This document shows positions 42,054-51,346 of a stretch of DNA of 64,000 bases, one piece after another; the stretch's first letter is position 1; each line of letters opens with the position of its first letter. The stretch spans positions 18,813 through 82,812 of the forward strand of contig BJGX01000002.1 in the NCBI GenBank assembly GCA_014191035.1, given 5' to 3'. A program made the translations under genes and the position numbers. Source of the stretch: Candidatus Saccharimonadota bacterium (GTDB lineage Bacteria > Patescibacteriota > Saccharimonadia > CAILAD01 > BJGX01). The notes below the pieces were generated by a model. That model made no database searches and was not told the DNA's origin. It was given only the letters and a program-made list of their open reading frames with translations.

Positions 42054-43090
42054 GTCTGGCCTACTTTGCTCATCATTGATATTTTTCTGACAAACATCAA
42101 GAGCCATCCAAAAGTAATTATAAAGCCAATAAGCTCGAAGGCAGTTAGGCTAAAGTATCCTACAAAAGCAAATAATACATAACAAAAAGCAATTAGGGCT
42201 AAGGTTAAGTATGAGTTGGTTAGAAATGTTTTATCTATTTTGGGAAATATGAATCTTAAGCTCAGCACTATAACCCCAAAAATTATCAGCATAGAGTAGC
42301 CCAAAATATCATGAACCAAAGGCGCTCTGTCGTAGGGGAATAAACCCAAGCTGGCCATGTCTATCCCTAGTATTATAAAAAGTAAGCTTAGGATATTTAA
42401 ATTAACATCCTTCTTATTAAAAATATGTTTAGAGCGCTTTAAGTCATTAGTGAATTGAGTGCTCAGGGCTATAACCAAAAGGCCAGCCATAACAATGGTC
42501 ATATTAAAGCTTATTGAGGATATTCCATTACCCCAGCCCAGATAAGAGAAGTTAACCTGCCACCAATTAGGATTGCTATTTGTAAGCATAGACAAAATTA
42601 TTCCAGACACCATTACTATCGAAAAGAGCCTCGCAACTATAGCCGTGTTCATACCTTTAGCAAGTGGAATTAGTAGGTATATCAAGACACCAGAATAAAT
42701 CCCAACAAAGGCAGAGGACACAAAGGCATCTAAAGAAAGGTTCTTAAATGAATTATTAAGAACCGAAATTATTAAAAAGCTCACCATAGCTACTGTGATT
42801 GCTACAGCTACAGTCAATACAATGCAGTTATAAACTAGAACTCCGACTTTAAGTTTGATACCACGTTCTTTGAGCCCCATTAGGTAGAAAGGGGTAAAGG
42901 TGAACAAGCAGATTGCTGCTGCTGAAATAAGCATCATAAGACCAATCGAAACATCTCCAGATAGAGTGATTGCAGGCTTGCTCCTAAAAACAATGAAGCT
43001 AATTATAGTAAAAACAACAATGCTGGGAATTAGTAAAATCTCACCAGGATTTTGCGAGGCTTTAAATGACTTTTTAATTGAATGAAGCAT
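42050..43090 (-). CDS. DUF998-like multi-TM membrane protein
   Basis: WW..NFSYLG, GLFP....H motifs; start placed just after the K+ channel stop. Confidence 0.65.
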   Translation of the reverse strand: MLHSIKKSFKASQNPGEILLIPSIVVFTIISFIVFRSKPAITLSGDVSIGLMMLISAAAICLFTFTPFYLMGLKERGIKLKVGVLVYNCIVLTVAVAITVAMVSFLIISVLNNSFKNLSLDAFVSSAFVGIYSGVLIYLLIPLAKGMNTAIVARLFSIVMVSGIILSMLTNSNPNWWQVNFSYLGWGNGISSISFNMTIVMAGLLVIALSTQFTNDLKRSKHIFNKKDVNLNILSLLFIILGIDMASLGLFPYDRAPLVHDILGYSMLIIFGVIVLSLRFIFPKIDKTFLTNSYLTLALIAFCYVLFAFVGYFSLTAFELIGFIITFGWLLMFVRKISMMSKVGQT

Positions 43091-43091
43091 A

Positions 43092-43415
43092 TTATTTCTT
43101 TCTTTTGCTTTTTTGCTTTTCAATTCTTCTTTGGGCTGCTGTACGAACTATTATATTCAATGATGCAGCAATTATTCCAACTCCGATTAGTACATAAAAA
43201 ATTGTAAATATTTTTGTAATATCGTTTGTTGGGTGGATATCGCCATATCCTACGGTAGTAATTGTGATAACCGAAAAGTACAAGGCATCGAGCCACTTTA
43301 ATGGCATGAAATAATGGTAAAAAATAGTTCCAGTCCCTATTACAGACAATGCAGTAAGTACAACCCATTTAAACTTAAGAGCTTCTGATTCTGATTTTCG
43401 ACTTTTCTTGTTCAT
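43092..43415 (-). CDS. KcsA-like potassium channel pore protein
   Basis: DALYFSVITITTVGYGD selectivity filter, 2 TM. Confidence 0.93.
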   Translation of the reverse strand: MNKKSRKSESEALKFKWVVLTALSVIGTGTIFYHYFMPLKWLDALYFSVITITTVGYGDIHPTNDITKIFTIFYVLIGVGIIAASLNIIVRTAAQRRIEKQKSKRKK

Positions 43416-43486
43416 TTATTGTAATTTATACAGTATTTTTAATCTTTAAGCTAGCTTATAGAGCTTATGTAATATATTATACCACT

Positions 43487-43882
43487 ATGGAATATGGTTC
43501 TTGGTATTCGAGACAAAAAAAGCCCTCCTGGGCGCCACCAGAAATTGCCTTTGGCCAAGTATGGAGCATTTTGTATCCTATAATATTTGCTGTCAATATT
43601 TATGTTTTCTATCTTTTAAGCAAGGGTCAAATAAGCTGGCGGGTAGCATTGCCATTCTGGCTTAATTTGTTTTTTAATTTTGCTTTTTCACCACTTCAAT
43701 TTGTGCTGAGATCGCAGATTTTATCATCTATTGATATCGTTCTAGTCTTAATAACTACCATATGGTGCATTATTGCCATTTGGCCATATAGCAAATTAGC
43801 CTCTATTGCTTTCGTTCCGTATTTGATATGGGTTACGATTGCTTCAGTTTTACAAATTTCAATAACTGTACTTAATAGATAG
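43487..43882 (+). CDS. tspO: TspO/MBR tryptophan-rich sensory protein
   Basis: WY...KPSWAPP..FG.VW..LY, PYLIWV. Confidence 0.92.
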   Translation: MEYGSWYSRQKKPSWAPPEIAFGQVWSILYPIIFAVNIYVFYLLSKGQISWRVALPFWLNLFFNFAFSPLQFVLRSQILSSIDIVLVLITTIWCIIAIWPYSKLASIAFVPYLIWVTIASVLQISITVLNR

Positions 43883-43938
43883 TTTATAGTTGTTATGCTA
43901 AAATTATAATTATTATTTAATGGGAACTAATTAAAGTT

Positions 43939-44712
43939 ATGCAAGCAAAAACCATACAAGGTAAAAAACTTCAGAAATTAAACCTCATTATGGGTTTAAT
44001 TCATCTTGCGCAGGCAGGCATACTGTTTGTTATTCTTAACTATTCATTTAAGATACCAATCCTAACTAGGTTTTTTGATACCACCCCTGGCGGTGGATTT
44101 ACGGTAATTACTGAGCGACTTTGGGATGTGCCAATTGCAGTTATAGCGCCTATTTTCTTACTTATAGCGGCATTCTTCCACCTTTTAATTGCATCACCGC
44201 TATATATTCGTCGCTACGAACAAAACATTAAAAATGGAATTAACCCAATACGCTGGTGGGAATACTCAATTAGCTCCTCTTTGATGCTAGTCGGTTTAAT
44301 GATGATGGCCGGACTCACCGAGCTTCCAAGTGTTGTGTTTGTCTTTACCCTTAACTGGATAATGAACATGATGGGCTTAATGATGGAGCGCTATAACCAG
44401 CTGACCGATAAAACAAAATGGTTCCCGTATAACATTGGGGTGGTTGCGGGCTTGGTTCCTTGGATAATTGGATTTATATACTTCTGGGTAAATACCAATA
44501 ACATTTCCGAATCTATTCCTTCTTGGGCCAAGATCGGCTTTATTATTACTTTCCTATTCTTTAATACCTTTGCTGTTAATATGTTCTTGCAGTATAAAAA
44601 GGTCGGGAAGTGGAAAAATTACGTTTATGGAGAGCGTGGTTACATTTGGCTAAGTTTGATTGCCAAGTCTGTACTAGCCTGGATAATCGTCTTGGGAACA
44701 CTAAATCAGTAG
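43939..44712 (+). CDS. Heliorhodopsin
   Basis: IHLAQA, FFHLL, NPIRWWEYSISSSLM counterion motif, GERGY..LSLIAK retinal Lys (SxxxK). Confidence 0.93.
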   Translation: MQAKTIQGKKLQKLNLIMGLIHLAQAGILFVILNYSFKIPILTRFFDTTPGGGFTVITERLWDVPIAVIAPIFLLIAAFFHLLIASPLYIRRYEQNIKNGINPIRWWEYSISSSLMLVGLMMMAGLTELPSVVFVFTLNWIMNMMGLMMERYNQLTDKTKWFPYNIGVVAGLVPWIIGFIYFWVNTNNISESIPSWAKIGFIITFLFFNTFAVNMFLQYKKVGKWKNYVYGERGYIWLSLIAKSVLAWIIVLGTLNQ

Positions 44713-44718
44713 GGGCTT

Positions 44719-45387
44719 ATGGGTACATCAGCTAATCTAGTTCAGGCAATCTTCATAACCCTCAATATTGTTGGCTTTGGATATTTAGCCTATAAATTCA
44801 TTTCTAGTAAAAGCTCAACAGCCAAAATATTTGGTTACGGAATGGCTCTTCTAGCTTTTGTAGAATTTTGTGTGCTGGGTGTAAATATGTTGTGGACTAT
44901 ACCTGTTTTAGATTTTAAATCCTTGCAGTATCTTTTCTATCTGTATGCAATACTAGTCTTATTTGCTACGTCTGCGGCCTCTCTTAAGCCAAGAACAAGG
45001 TACTACATTAATATATTTTTAGCTTTTGCAGCCATTTTAGTTTCTGGCCTATTCTTTTTAGAAAGGACTTTGAACAACGCAACAGCATACACAATAAATT
45101 ATTATCTGTCCTTTGATAATCCTGCTACCCTAAATATTTTCAGCCTGACTGTGGCATTGTCGCTTGGTATGGCAGCTCTGGTGGTAGCACAATATTTTAA
45201 AGATCGAAGCCTTAAATTGGCTTTAGAATTGGGCTATTTGATAGTAACTATATCTTTGGTAATTAGTCTGATTGTATTTAACGACACTATAAGATTAATC
45301 AGCAGTATTGCTCAGCTCGGTTCTCTTCTGGCCATGTCGTTATACATCTATAAAAACCCAGCAGAATTCCAAAAACTCAAAAGATAA
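44719..45387 (+). CDS. Hypothetical ~7-TM membrane protein
   Basis: About seven hydrophobic segments; 6 nt after the heliorhodopsin stop. Confidence 0.75.
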   Translation: MGTSANLVQAIFITLNIVGFGYLAYKFISSKSSTAKIFGYGMALLAFVEFCVLGVNMLWTIPVLDFKSLQYLFYLYAILVLFATSAASLKPRTRYYINIFLAFAAILVSGLFFLERTLNNATAYTINYYLSFDNPATLNIFSLTVALSLGMAALVVAQYFKDRSLKLALELGYLIVTISLVISLIVFNDTIRLISSIAQLGSLLAMSLYIYKNPAEFQKLKR

Positions 45388-45392
45388 GCGTA

Positions 45393-45421
45393 TTGACATT
45401 AATAGCTTAATAAAATAGTAT
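45393..45421 (+). promoter_or_regulatory. sigma70-type promoter
   Basis: TTGACA-17 bp-TAGTAT. Confidence 0.75.
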
Positions 45422-45450
45422 ATTACGGCCACAGAACAGACTGGAGAATT

Positions 45451-46053
45451 GTGAGCTCACAGAATCTGAAGCTTGTGACGTACTTAAAAAATGAGCAGAA
45501 ATTGGCTGATAAGTATCTCGAAGATACTTCGGCTTTTTTGACCAATACTTATAACGTCAAATTCACGATGCGTGATCTGTTAGAGATTGCTTCATCACCT
45601 CATGAAATTGCAGCTCGACGACAGTTCAATTCCATCCTTGTTATGCGTGACGTCTATGTAGACTCCGCTGAAATTAACAAGCAAATCGAATTGATTGTAG
45701 GCTCATACAATAGCTATGCCACGCTAATGGGTTTTGCAAATTGCGTAGGTGATAAGATAGCTAAAATTGCCCACGATAGAGTACTAGCAGTTAAAGACGT
45801 ATGGCCAAAGGACGCTTTCGGCTCGCTTATGAGTTCGCTTCAAGTTTACTCGACTTCAAATATTGAATTCAGACAGAGTGTCAGAGCTGAAGCAAGTAAT
45901 AAGCTAAATTTTACCAATTCTCTAGGGGCATACATAACACTCACGCCAGCAGAGCGAATCTTGTCTAATGTGTCGGTCAGCCCGGTAGAAGAGCTTTGCT
46001 CCTGGATAGACCAAGCAGGTGTTACATTCGCCACTACTCTTTCTAGCAACTAA
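45451..46053 (+). CDS. Hypothetical protein
   Basis: GGAG SD, GTG start; CCCGCC/GGCGGG plus T-tract terminator downstream. Confidence 0.7.
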   Translation: MSSQNLKLVTYLKNEQKLADKYLEDTSAFLTNTYNVKFTMRDLLEIASSPHEIAARRQFNSILVMRDVYVDSAEINKQIELIVGSYNSYATLMGFANCVGDKIAKIAHDRVLAVKDVWPKDAFGSLMSSLQVYSTSNIEFRQSVRAEASNKLNFTNSLGAYITLTPAERILSNVSVSPVEELCSWIDQAGVTFATTLSSN

Positions 46054-46132
46054 ACTAAAGTATAAAGAGAGCCCGCCATTTAGGCGGGTTTTTACTATTA
46101 AAAAATTATTATTTGAGTTATGCTTATTAGAT

Positions 46133-46786
46133 ATGGGGCCAAAAAAAATTCCAGGAAGTTACGATCATGAAATCAACAAAAGCTATATGTGGAGATGGTT
46201 GTTTGTCATTATAATATTGGTAGTTGCTGTCAGCCTGGGAGCCTTTATTTTATTAAGGCCAAAACAGCAAAGCACCAAAACCGGACAAGATTTAAATAAC
46301 AGCATTAGCTCTTATGAAAATCGTTATGTCGGTAAAAAGATAGAATATAATTTGGCCAACATACAAAACGACTGGAACAAGATCAGTGGTGAGGGCGGTT
46401 CTAACTACAAATTAGATGAGTCGTCTTGCACATCAAGTTTGCTTTCTTCAGATAATGTAAAAAGCTTAATTAATTCTGGTTCTACTCTAGCAAGTGCAAT
46501 CAACAAACAGCTTGAAGAAACAAAAGATTCATCACCTGATAAAACCATCATTATAGGTAATACCTACAGTGCTAATCTATCTTCCAACAAAGGAGATCTG
46601 GAGTTCATGATAAAAGATGCTGATTATAAGGCCGCAGATGGCACGTCTCACAAAATAAAAATTTATGGTCAGTGGATCGGCGACTACCAGCTTTTTATTA
46701 GGCAAGAGTGCACAGTAGGTGATTTCAATAATTCAAAAGAAAAGCTCGAATCATTTATTGATAGATTGGCGATAATAGTAAACTAG
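46133..46786 (+). CDS. Hypothetical single-TM exported protein
   Basis: One TM; start moved past the upstream terminator. Confidence 0.7.
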   Translation: MGPKKIPGSYDHEINKSYMWRWLFVIIILVVAVSLGAFILLRPKQQSTKTGQDLNNSISSYENRYVGKKIEYNLANIQNDWNKISGEGGSNYKLDESSCTSSLLSSDNVKSLINSGSTLASAINKQLEETKDSSPDKTIIIGNTYSANLSSNKGDLEFMIKDADYKAADGTSHKIKIYGQWIGDYQLFIRQECTVGDFNNSKEKLESFIDRLAIIVN

Positions 46787-47202
46787 TTTAGTTTGCCCAG
46801 CCGATACTCTGATAGTAAAGCGTCTGCATTTGAAGAGTGCCTACCTTCGCCGCCCTTATTATTATAGGCAGAGGTGGCATCCTTTCCGCAGTAAGTCAGA
46901 ATTAAGTCAGCGCCACCTGGGTGTTCATCGAGATAGCTTGTAACATCATAAACATTGCCCCTAATTGCTACCCAGCAATCACTAGATTTATTATGTTTAG
47001 ATAGTTCGGTAGTTGATATTGTCTTTTCATCAATTGCTACTTCTTCTTCAGCTGGCTGTTGCTGTGTGTTTTGATCTACTTTTTCGTCTATTTTTTCTTC
47101 CACAGCATTTTCCTTATTCTGGCTATCGATAAATCCCCAAACAAACATTCCGCTCATAAGCACAGCAACAATAATCAAAACAACTGCAACAACCTTTTTC
47201 AT
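46783..47202 (-). CDS. Membrane-anchored cytochrome b5-like heme-binding protein
   Basis: KHN..DCWVAI.G.VYDVT, HPGG, CGKDAT, HS. Confidence 0.92.
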   Translation of the reverse strand: MKKVVAVVLIIVAVLMSGMFVWGFIDSQNKENAVEEKIDEKVDQNTQQQPAEEEVAIDEKTISTTELSKHNKSSDCWVAIRGNVYDVTSYLDEHPGGADLILTYCGKDATSAYNNKGGEGRHSSNADALLSEYRLGKLN

Positions 47203-48512
47203 GACAAGTTAAACTCCTCGGTATTTATATTCTTATTTTTTACTCTCTTTTGCTTAAGCTGTCTTTTGATAGCCTTCATCATGGCCGATGGTCCACAAAT
47301 CATAAAGTTTGCATCCTCTAAGTTTTTGCTCTTTTCAAAGATTATATCGGCGCTTAAAAAACCATCTTTGTCTTCGAAATAAGTTATCAGATTAAAATTA
47401 CTCTTCTGCTTATCTAACGCTTCAAGCTCGGCCAGGTAAAAAGCATCTTGCTTGGTTTTTAAGGCATAATATAAATCAATTTGCTGAGTTTCGTCTGCAG
47501 ATTTAGCCATTGACATAAATGGAGTTACACCTATACCGCCAGCTATCCAAATCTGCCTACTATTTTTTACAACCTTGTTAGAAAATGTACCGTATGGACC
47601 ATCTATCTTAAAGGTTGTGCCTTTTTCAGCACCCTCTAGGGCAGCTGTAAAATCACCCAGCGCCTTTATACCAAACTTTAGTTTACTTTCGTCTGGTGAA
47701 GAACTCATCGAGAAAGGATGGGATTCACCTAAAAGGCCTTTGCTGTCTTGTTTTATAAAAGCATACTGGCCCGGCACAAAATTTAATTTATCGCCGATTG
47801 GACTTAAAACAATTTCATAAATACTTCCTGATTTACGAATGTCGTCGAGTTTATATTCATAGAATTTAGCAAAATTGCCGTGGAATATTGAACGATATAC
47901 GTAAACTATTAAAGCCATCGCTATTAACACGGCAAAGTATATTTGTAAGCTCAAAATCCCATTACCTCTAAAGCCTAGGTTACTACCGCCGACAAAGACA
48001 GCATGAATCGCACCTACAAACAGTATCAAACCAAGTAGCCGCTGAGCCAAAATGAAAAACTTATAAGAAACCTTGATATACAAGGTGACTATAATTGCCA
48101 GTACCATTCCAAATAAGGCAATGCTTCCCAGGGCCCTGAATGGCGATAACAGGTTGGGTTTTAAAAATTCAAAGGCCGAATTAGGAGAAATTAAAAAATA
48201 TCGAATAGTTAAAAATAGGGGGTGCAACAATAGCAGTATAAAAGCTATCGATCCGATGTTGTGATGCGCTCGGTAGGTGTTATCTAGGCCATGAAACATT
48301 CTATTATATATTTTGAATCTGGCACTGAGTATTACGGCCCAGGCAAAAAGAGCCATACCAGCAAGACCCGCTAGCTTACCTAGACTCTGGAATATGTTTT
48401 GGGCGCCATCCCAATCTAGCGGCATCGCAATTAGCCACAGAATCACGGGGGTAAGAGCAATGATAACCGTAAGATATCCGCCCGGATTAAAGTATTTTCT
48501 TCGACTATTCAT
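47199..48512 (-). CDS. Ferric-reductase-like TM domain with FAD/NAD(P)H-binding domains
   Basis: TM His residues, PGQY, HPFS, DGPYG, AGGIGVTP, CGP, EEF. Confidence 0.9.
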   Translation of the reverse strand: MNSRRKYFNPGGYLTVIIALTPVILWLIAMPLDWDGAQNIFQSLGKLAGLAGMALFAWAVILSARFKIYNRMFHGLDNTYRAHHNIGSIAFILLLLHPLFLTIRYFLISPNSAFEFLKPNLLSPFRALGSIALFGMVLAIIVTLYIKVSYKFFILAQRLLGLILFVGAIHAVFVGGSNLGFRGNGILSLQIYFAVLIAMALIVYVYRSIFHGNFAKFYEYKLDDIRKSGSIYEIVLSPIGDKLNFVPGQYAFIKQDSKGLLGESHPFSMSSSPDESKLKFGIKALGDFTAALEGAEKGTTFKIDGPYGTFSNKVVKNSRQIWIAGGIGVTPFMSMAKSADETQQIDLYYALKTKQDAFYLAELEALDKQKSNFNLITYFEDKDGFLSADIIFEKSKNLEDANFMICGPSAMMKAIKRQLKQKRVKNKNINTEEFNLS

Positions 48513-48562
48513 AAAAAATATTATAACAAATAAAAAACATCAAAGTATAACCTTGATGTTGT

Positions 48563-48910
48563 TTATAGTAGATCCAGCGGCCACATGAATTTGGGCTCTA
48601 GAATTTCTTCTTTGCACTTTTCGATTTCTGAATTTTTTACAATGTAGAGCTCTACAGTGGTCGGGAAAAGCAGCTTATTGTTCAGTAAAAACCTGTCATA
48701 ACATTCTTTGTAGTCTTCTCGAGAGTTAACTTCCTGAGTTAGTGGTACAAACGAATGAATATCCATCTCAAAGACCATATCAGCAATCAAAGAGTATTCT
48801 CTTGATATTTTTGGCTTCTTCTTTGGGGGATCACCCAGGTAGATTCCTAAATTCCTTACAAAGCTTTGTTCAAAAAAGGTTCTTCCATCGATTATCGTTT
48901 TTGTGTACAA
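48563..48910 (-). CDS. Hypothetical protein (paralog of 54498-54764)
   Basis: AAGGAG SD, TTG start, TTGACT-17-CATAAT at 48939-48967. Confidence 0.7.
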   Translation of the reverse strand: MYTKTIIDGRTFFEQSFVRNLGIYLGDPPKKKPKISREYSLIADMVFEMDIHSFVPLTQEVNSREDYKECYDRFLLNNKLLFPTTVELYIVKNSEIEKCKEEILEPKFMWPLDLL

Positions 48911-49006
48911 CGAATCTCCTTGAGGGACGAGGCTTGATATTATGCTACAAAATATATATCAAGTCAATATATATTTATTTGATATAATAATAAAAAAGGA
49001 GGAAAC

Positions 49007-49165
49007 ATGAACGATAATTTAAAATACTTAAGAAATAAAAACAAACAAGAGGGCGACGCCCAAGAGGCAGAGCAAAATGTAGAGAATATGGCTAAAGACA
49101 ATATTAACGAGAATGAAGTGGCTGAATCTCAAAAACCCGAAGACCAGGATAGTCAAATCGTTTGA
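49007..49165 (+). CDS. Small acidic 52 aa protein, absent from the ORF track
   Basis: TGATATAAT, AAGGAGG SD, MNDNLKYLRNKNKQEGDAQEAEQ...DSQIV-stop. Confidence 0.6.
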   Translation: MNDNLKYLRNKNKQEGDAQEAEQNVENMAKDNINENEVAESQKPEDQDSQIV

Positions 49166-49196
49166 ATAATTAATCCAAAAAGAGTATTCTAGCGGT

Positions 49197-49835
49197 GTGA
49201 CCGCACCTACGAACCTTCCCATAATTCGTTTTAGTACATCATGGGAGCTGTATGAAAAGATTATTCGAAATATCTACCGATATCCTGACGACTCAGTTGA
49301 TTTAGAAAAAGAAGATTTCAACGCCAGACGCATGATTTCCGATTGGCTTAATTATGAAGATGAAGTAGTCAGAGGTATCTGTTCAATCACAGGGCTGGAG
49401 TTCAGAAAGAACATTATTGATATCTGCATTGCGCCAAAAGTAATCAGCACATCCAGGCCAATAATTATCGGTGTTGATGGCTACGACAGGCGCTTTGTAG
49501 ATGAAGTAATGTTTCAGTTGATCATTCAGCTACTTATGGATAACACCTCTGTCCCGTACACTTACGACGTAATTGAAGATTGGATTGATATTTTTAGCGA
49601 TAGTCTTTACGAAGATGAAGCTTACTTTGTGCCCGCTTTTGCTCTATTAAAGGCTCTTTGTCTAGACATTCTTAACGAGCCCGACAGGTTAGTGCGAATT
49701 ACTAAAAGATGTGGAGGTCTTTTTAGGGGTGACGAAAAGGTAGCATGGGAATATGTAGACACTCATGACTACAAAGAAATAATTAATACACTTCAGAGGC
49801 TTTATCAAGCAATCGAGGAAGAGTATGATTTTTAG
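49197..49835 (+). CDS. Hypothetical zincin-like protein lacking HExxH
   Basis: GLEFRKNIID, FVD..FQLII.LL.DN, AWEYV; AGCCGGC hairpin terminator follows. Confidence 0.6.
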   Translation: MTAPTNLPIIRFSTSWELYEKIIRNIYRYPDDSVDLEKEDFNARRMISDWLNYEDEVVRGICSITGLEFRKNIIDICIAPKVISTSRPIIIGVDGYDRRFVDEVMFQLIIQLLMDNTSVPYTYDVIEDWIDIFSDSLYEDEAYFVPAFALLKALCLDILNEPDRLVRITKRCGGLFRGDEKVAWEYVDTHDYKEIINTLQRLYQAIEEEYDF

Positions 49836-49876
49836 CCGGCAAAGAGCCGGCTTTTTTATGCTATACTTTTTATAGT

Positions 49877-50725
49877 ATGAAGCTTAGGAAACCAGTAAAT
49901 ATTATTCGTGGCAGAGAGGGGACCGATGGTGCCGGCGTAAAGCTGATCCGTTTGTTTTCGCACGATAACACAAATGATTTTGACCCCTTTTTAATGATGG
50001 ATGCATTCGACAGTGTCGATCCAGAAGATTACAATAAGGGCTTTCCATGGCATCCCCACAGGGGTATTGAAACTATAACCTACTTAATTGATGGTGCCAT
50101 AGAACACCAAGACAGCCTTGGAAATTTCGGTGCCATTAATGCTGGTGATGCGCAGTGGATGACGGCAGGGTCAGGCATTATTCATAATGAAATGCCAGTT
50201 GAGTCCAAGAGAATGCGCGGATTTCAGTTGTGGCTGAATCTACCCAAACAACACAAAATGACCAGCCCATCTTATAATGAGATTAAAGAACATAGCATTC
50301 CAGTAGTTAAAGAGGGCAAAAACACTATTAGGATTATTTCAGGCAACTACGGTAATAAAATGGGTGCGTTTGATCCAAAATATGTAAATCCATTATTTTT
50401 GGATATATCGCTTTCAAAAAATTCCAAATTTGAGCTGTCCACACCAAGCTCAGACACATTGTTTGTATATATTTTAGAAGGGGACGTTTCATTTTCCGAT
50501 TCAGAAGATGCTATAGCACATAAAAATGTTGTATTTTTTGGCAAAGGAGACACGCTTAGGGCAAATTCTGTAACTACAAATGCAAGGATTTTGCTTTTTT
50601 CCGCTAAACCAATAAAAGAGCCGGTTGCTTGGGCTGGACCAATAGTTATGAACACAGAAGCTGAACTAGAACTAGCTTTTTCACAGCTAAGGCGCGGAAC
50701 TTTTGTTCAAGATAATCATAAATAA
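49877..50725 (+). CDS. Pirin family protein
   Basis: DPFL, HPHRGIET, QWMTAGSGIIH.E, QLWLNLP, GPIVMN. Confidence 0.95.
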   Translation: MKLRKPVNIIRGREGTDGAGVKLIRLFSHDNTNDFDPFLMMDAFDSVDPEDYNKGFPWHPHRGIETITYLIDGAIEHQDSLGNFGAINAGDAQWMTAGSGIIHNEMPVESKRMRGFQLWLNLPKQHKMTSPSYNEIKEHSIPVVKEGKNTIRIISGNYGNKMGAFDPKYVNPLFLDISLSKNSKFELSTPSSDTLFVYILEGDVSFSDSEDAIAHKNVVFFGKGDTLRANSVTTNARILLFSAKPIKEPVAWAGPIVMNTEAELELAFSQLRRGTFVQDNHK

Positions 50726-50757
50726 ACCTTGTTTTGGGTGTACAATTGATTTAGCTC

Positions 50758-51333
50758 ATGAAAAAAGAAATAGAATCTCTAAGAAAGGAGGTGAATAGGC
50801 TAAAAAAGCTAGCCTATCGTGATCACCTTACAGGCCTTCTAAACCGAAGAGGTTTTGAAGATTCTATTAATTTGGCCATAGATCAATACAATAGCAGTGA
50901 TAAAAAATTAACCCCACGCAGGGGTTTTATTGTTAATAGCGTAAGTTTAATCGTTATCGATATTGATAGGTTCAAAAAATTAAATGATAAATACGGCCAT
51001 CCTGAGGGAGATAAAATATTAAAACATCTTTCAAAGCACATTACTAGCCAAGTTCGATCAAATGATCTTGTTGGGCGCTGGGGTGGAGAAGAATTGGTTG
51101 TGGGCCTAATTGGAGCCGACTTAGAATCTGCTTATGAATTGGCTGAAAATGCAAGAATTGAACTAAAAAAATCAGGCTTTGAGCCGGTTTATACTTTTAG
51201 CGCCGGCGTTGCTGGTGTAAATAATCAAATCAATACCTTTCAAAAGCTTTATGAGTGTGCCGACGAGGCTCTTTACAAAGCCAAAACGTCTGGCCGAGAC
51301 AGGGTTGAAAAGTGTAAAATTAAAAGTAATTAA
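50758..51333 (+). CDS. Diguanylate cyclase (GGDEF domain)
   Basis: D.LTGL.NRR, DIDRFK..ND.YGH..GD, RSND I-site, RWGGEE. Confidence 0.93.
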   Translation: MKKEIESLRKEVNRLKKLAYRDHLTGLLNRRGFEDSINLAIDQYNSSDKKLTPRRGFIVNSVSLIVIDIDRFKKLNDKYGHPEGDKILKHLSKHITSQVRSNDLVGRWGGEELVVGLIGADLESAYELAENARIELKKSGFEPVYTFSAGVAGVNNQINTFQKLYECADEALYKAKTSGRDRVEKCKIKSN

Positions 51334-51346
51334 TTAGAGGGTAGAA

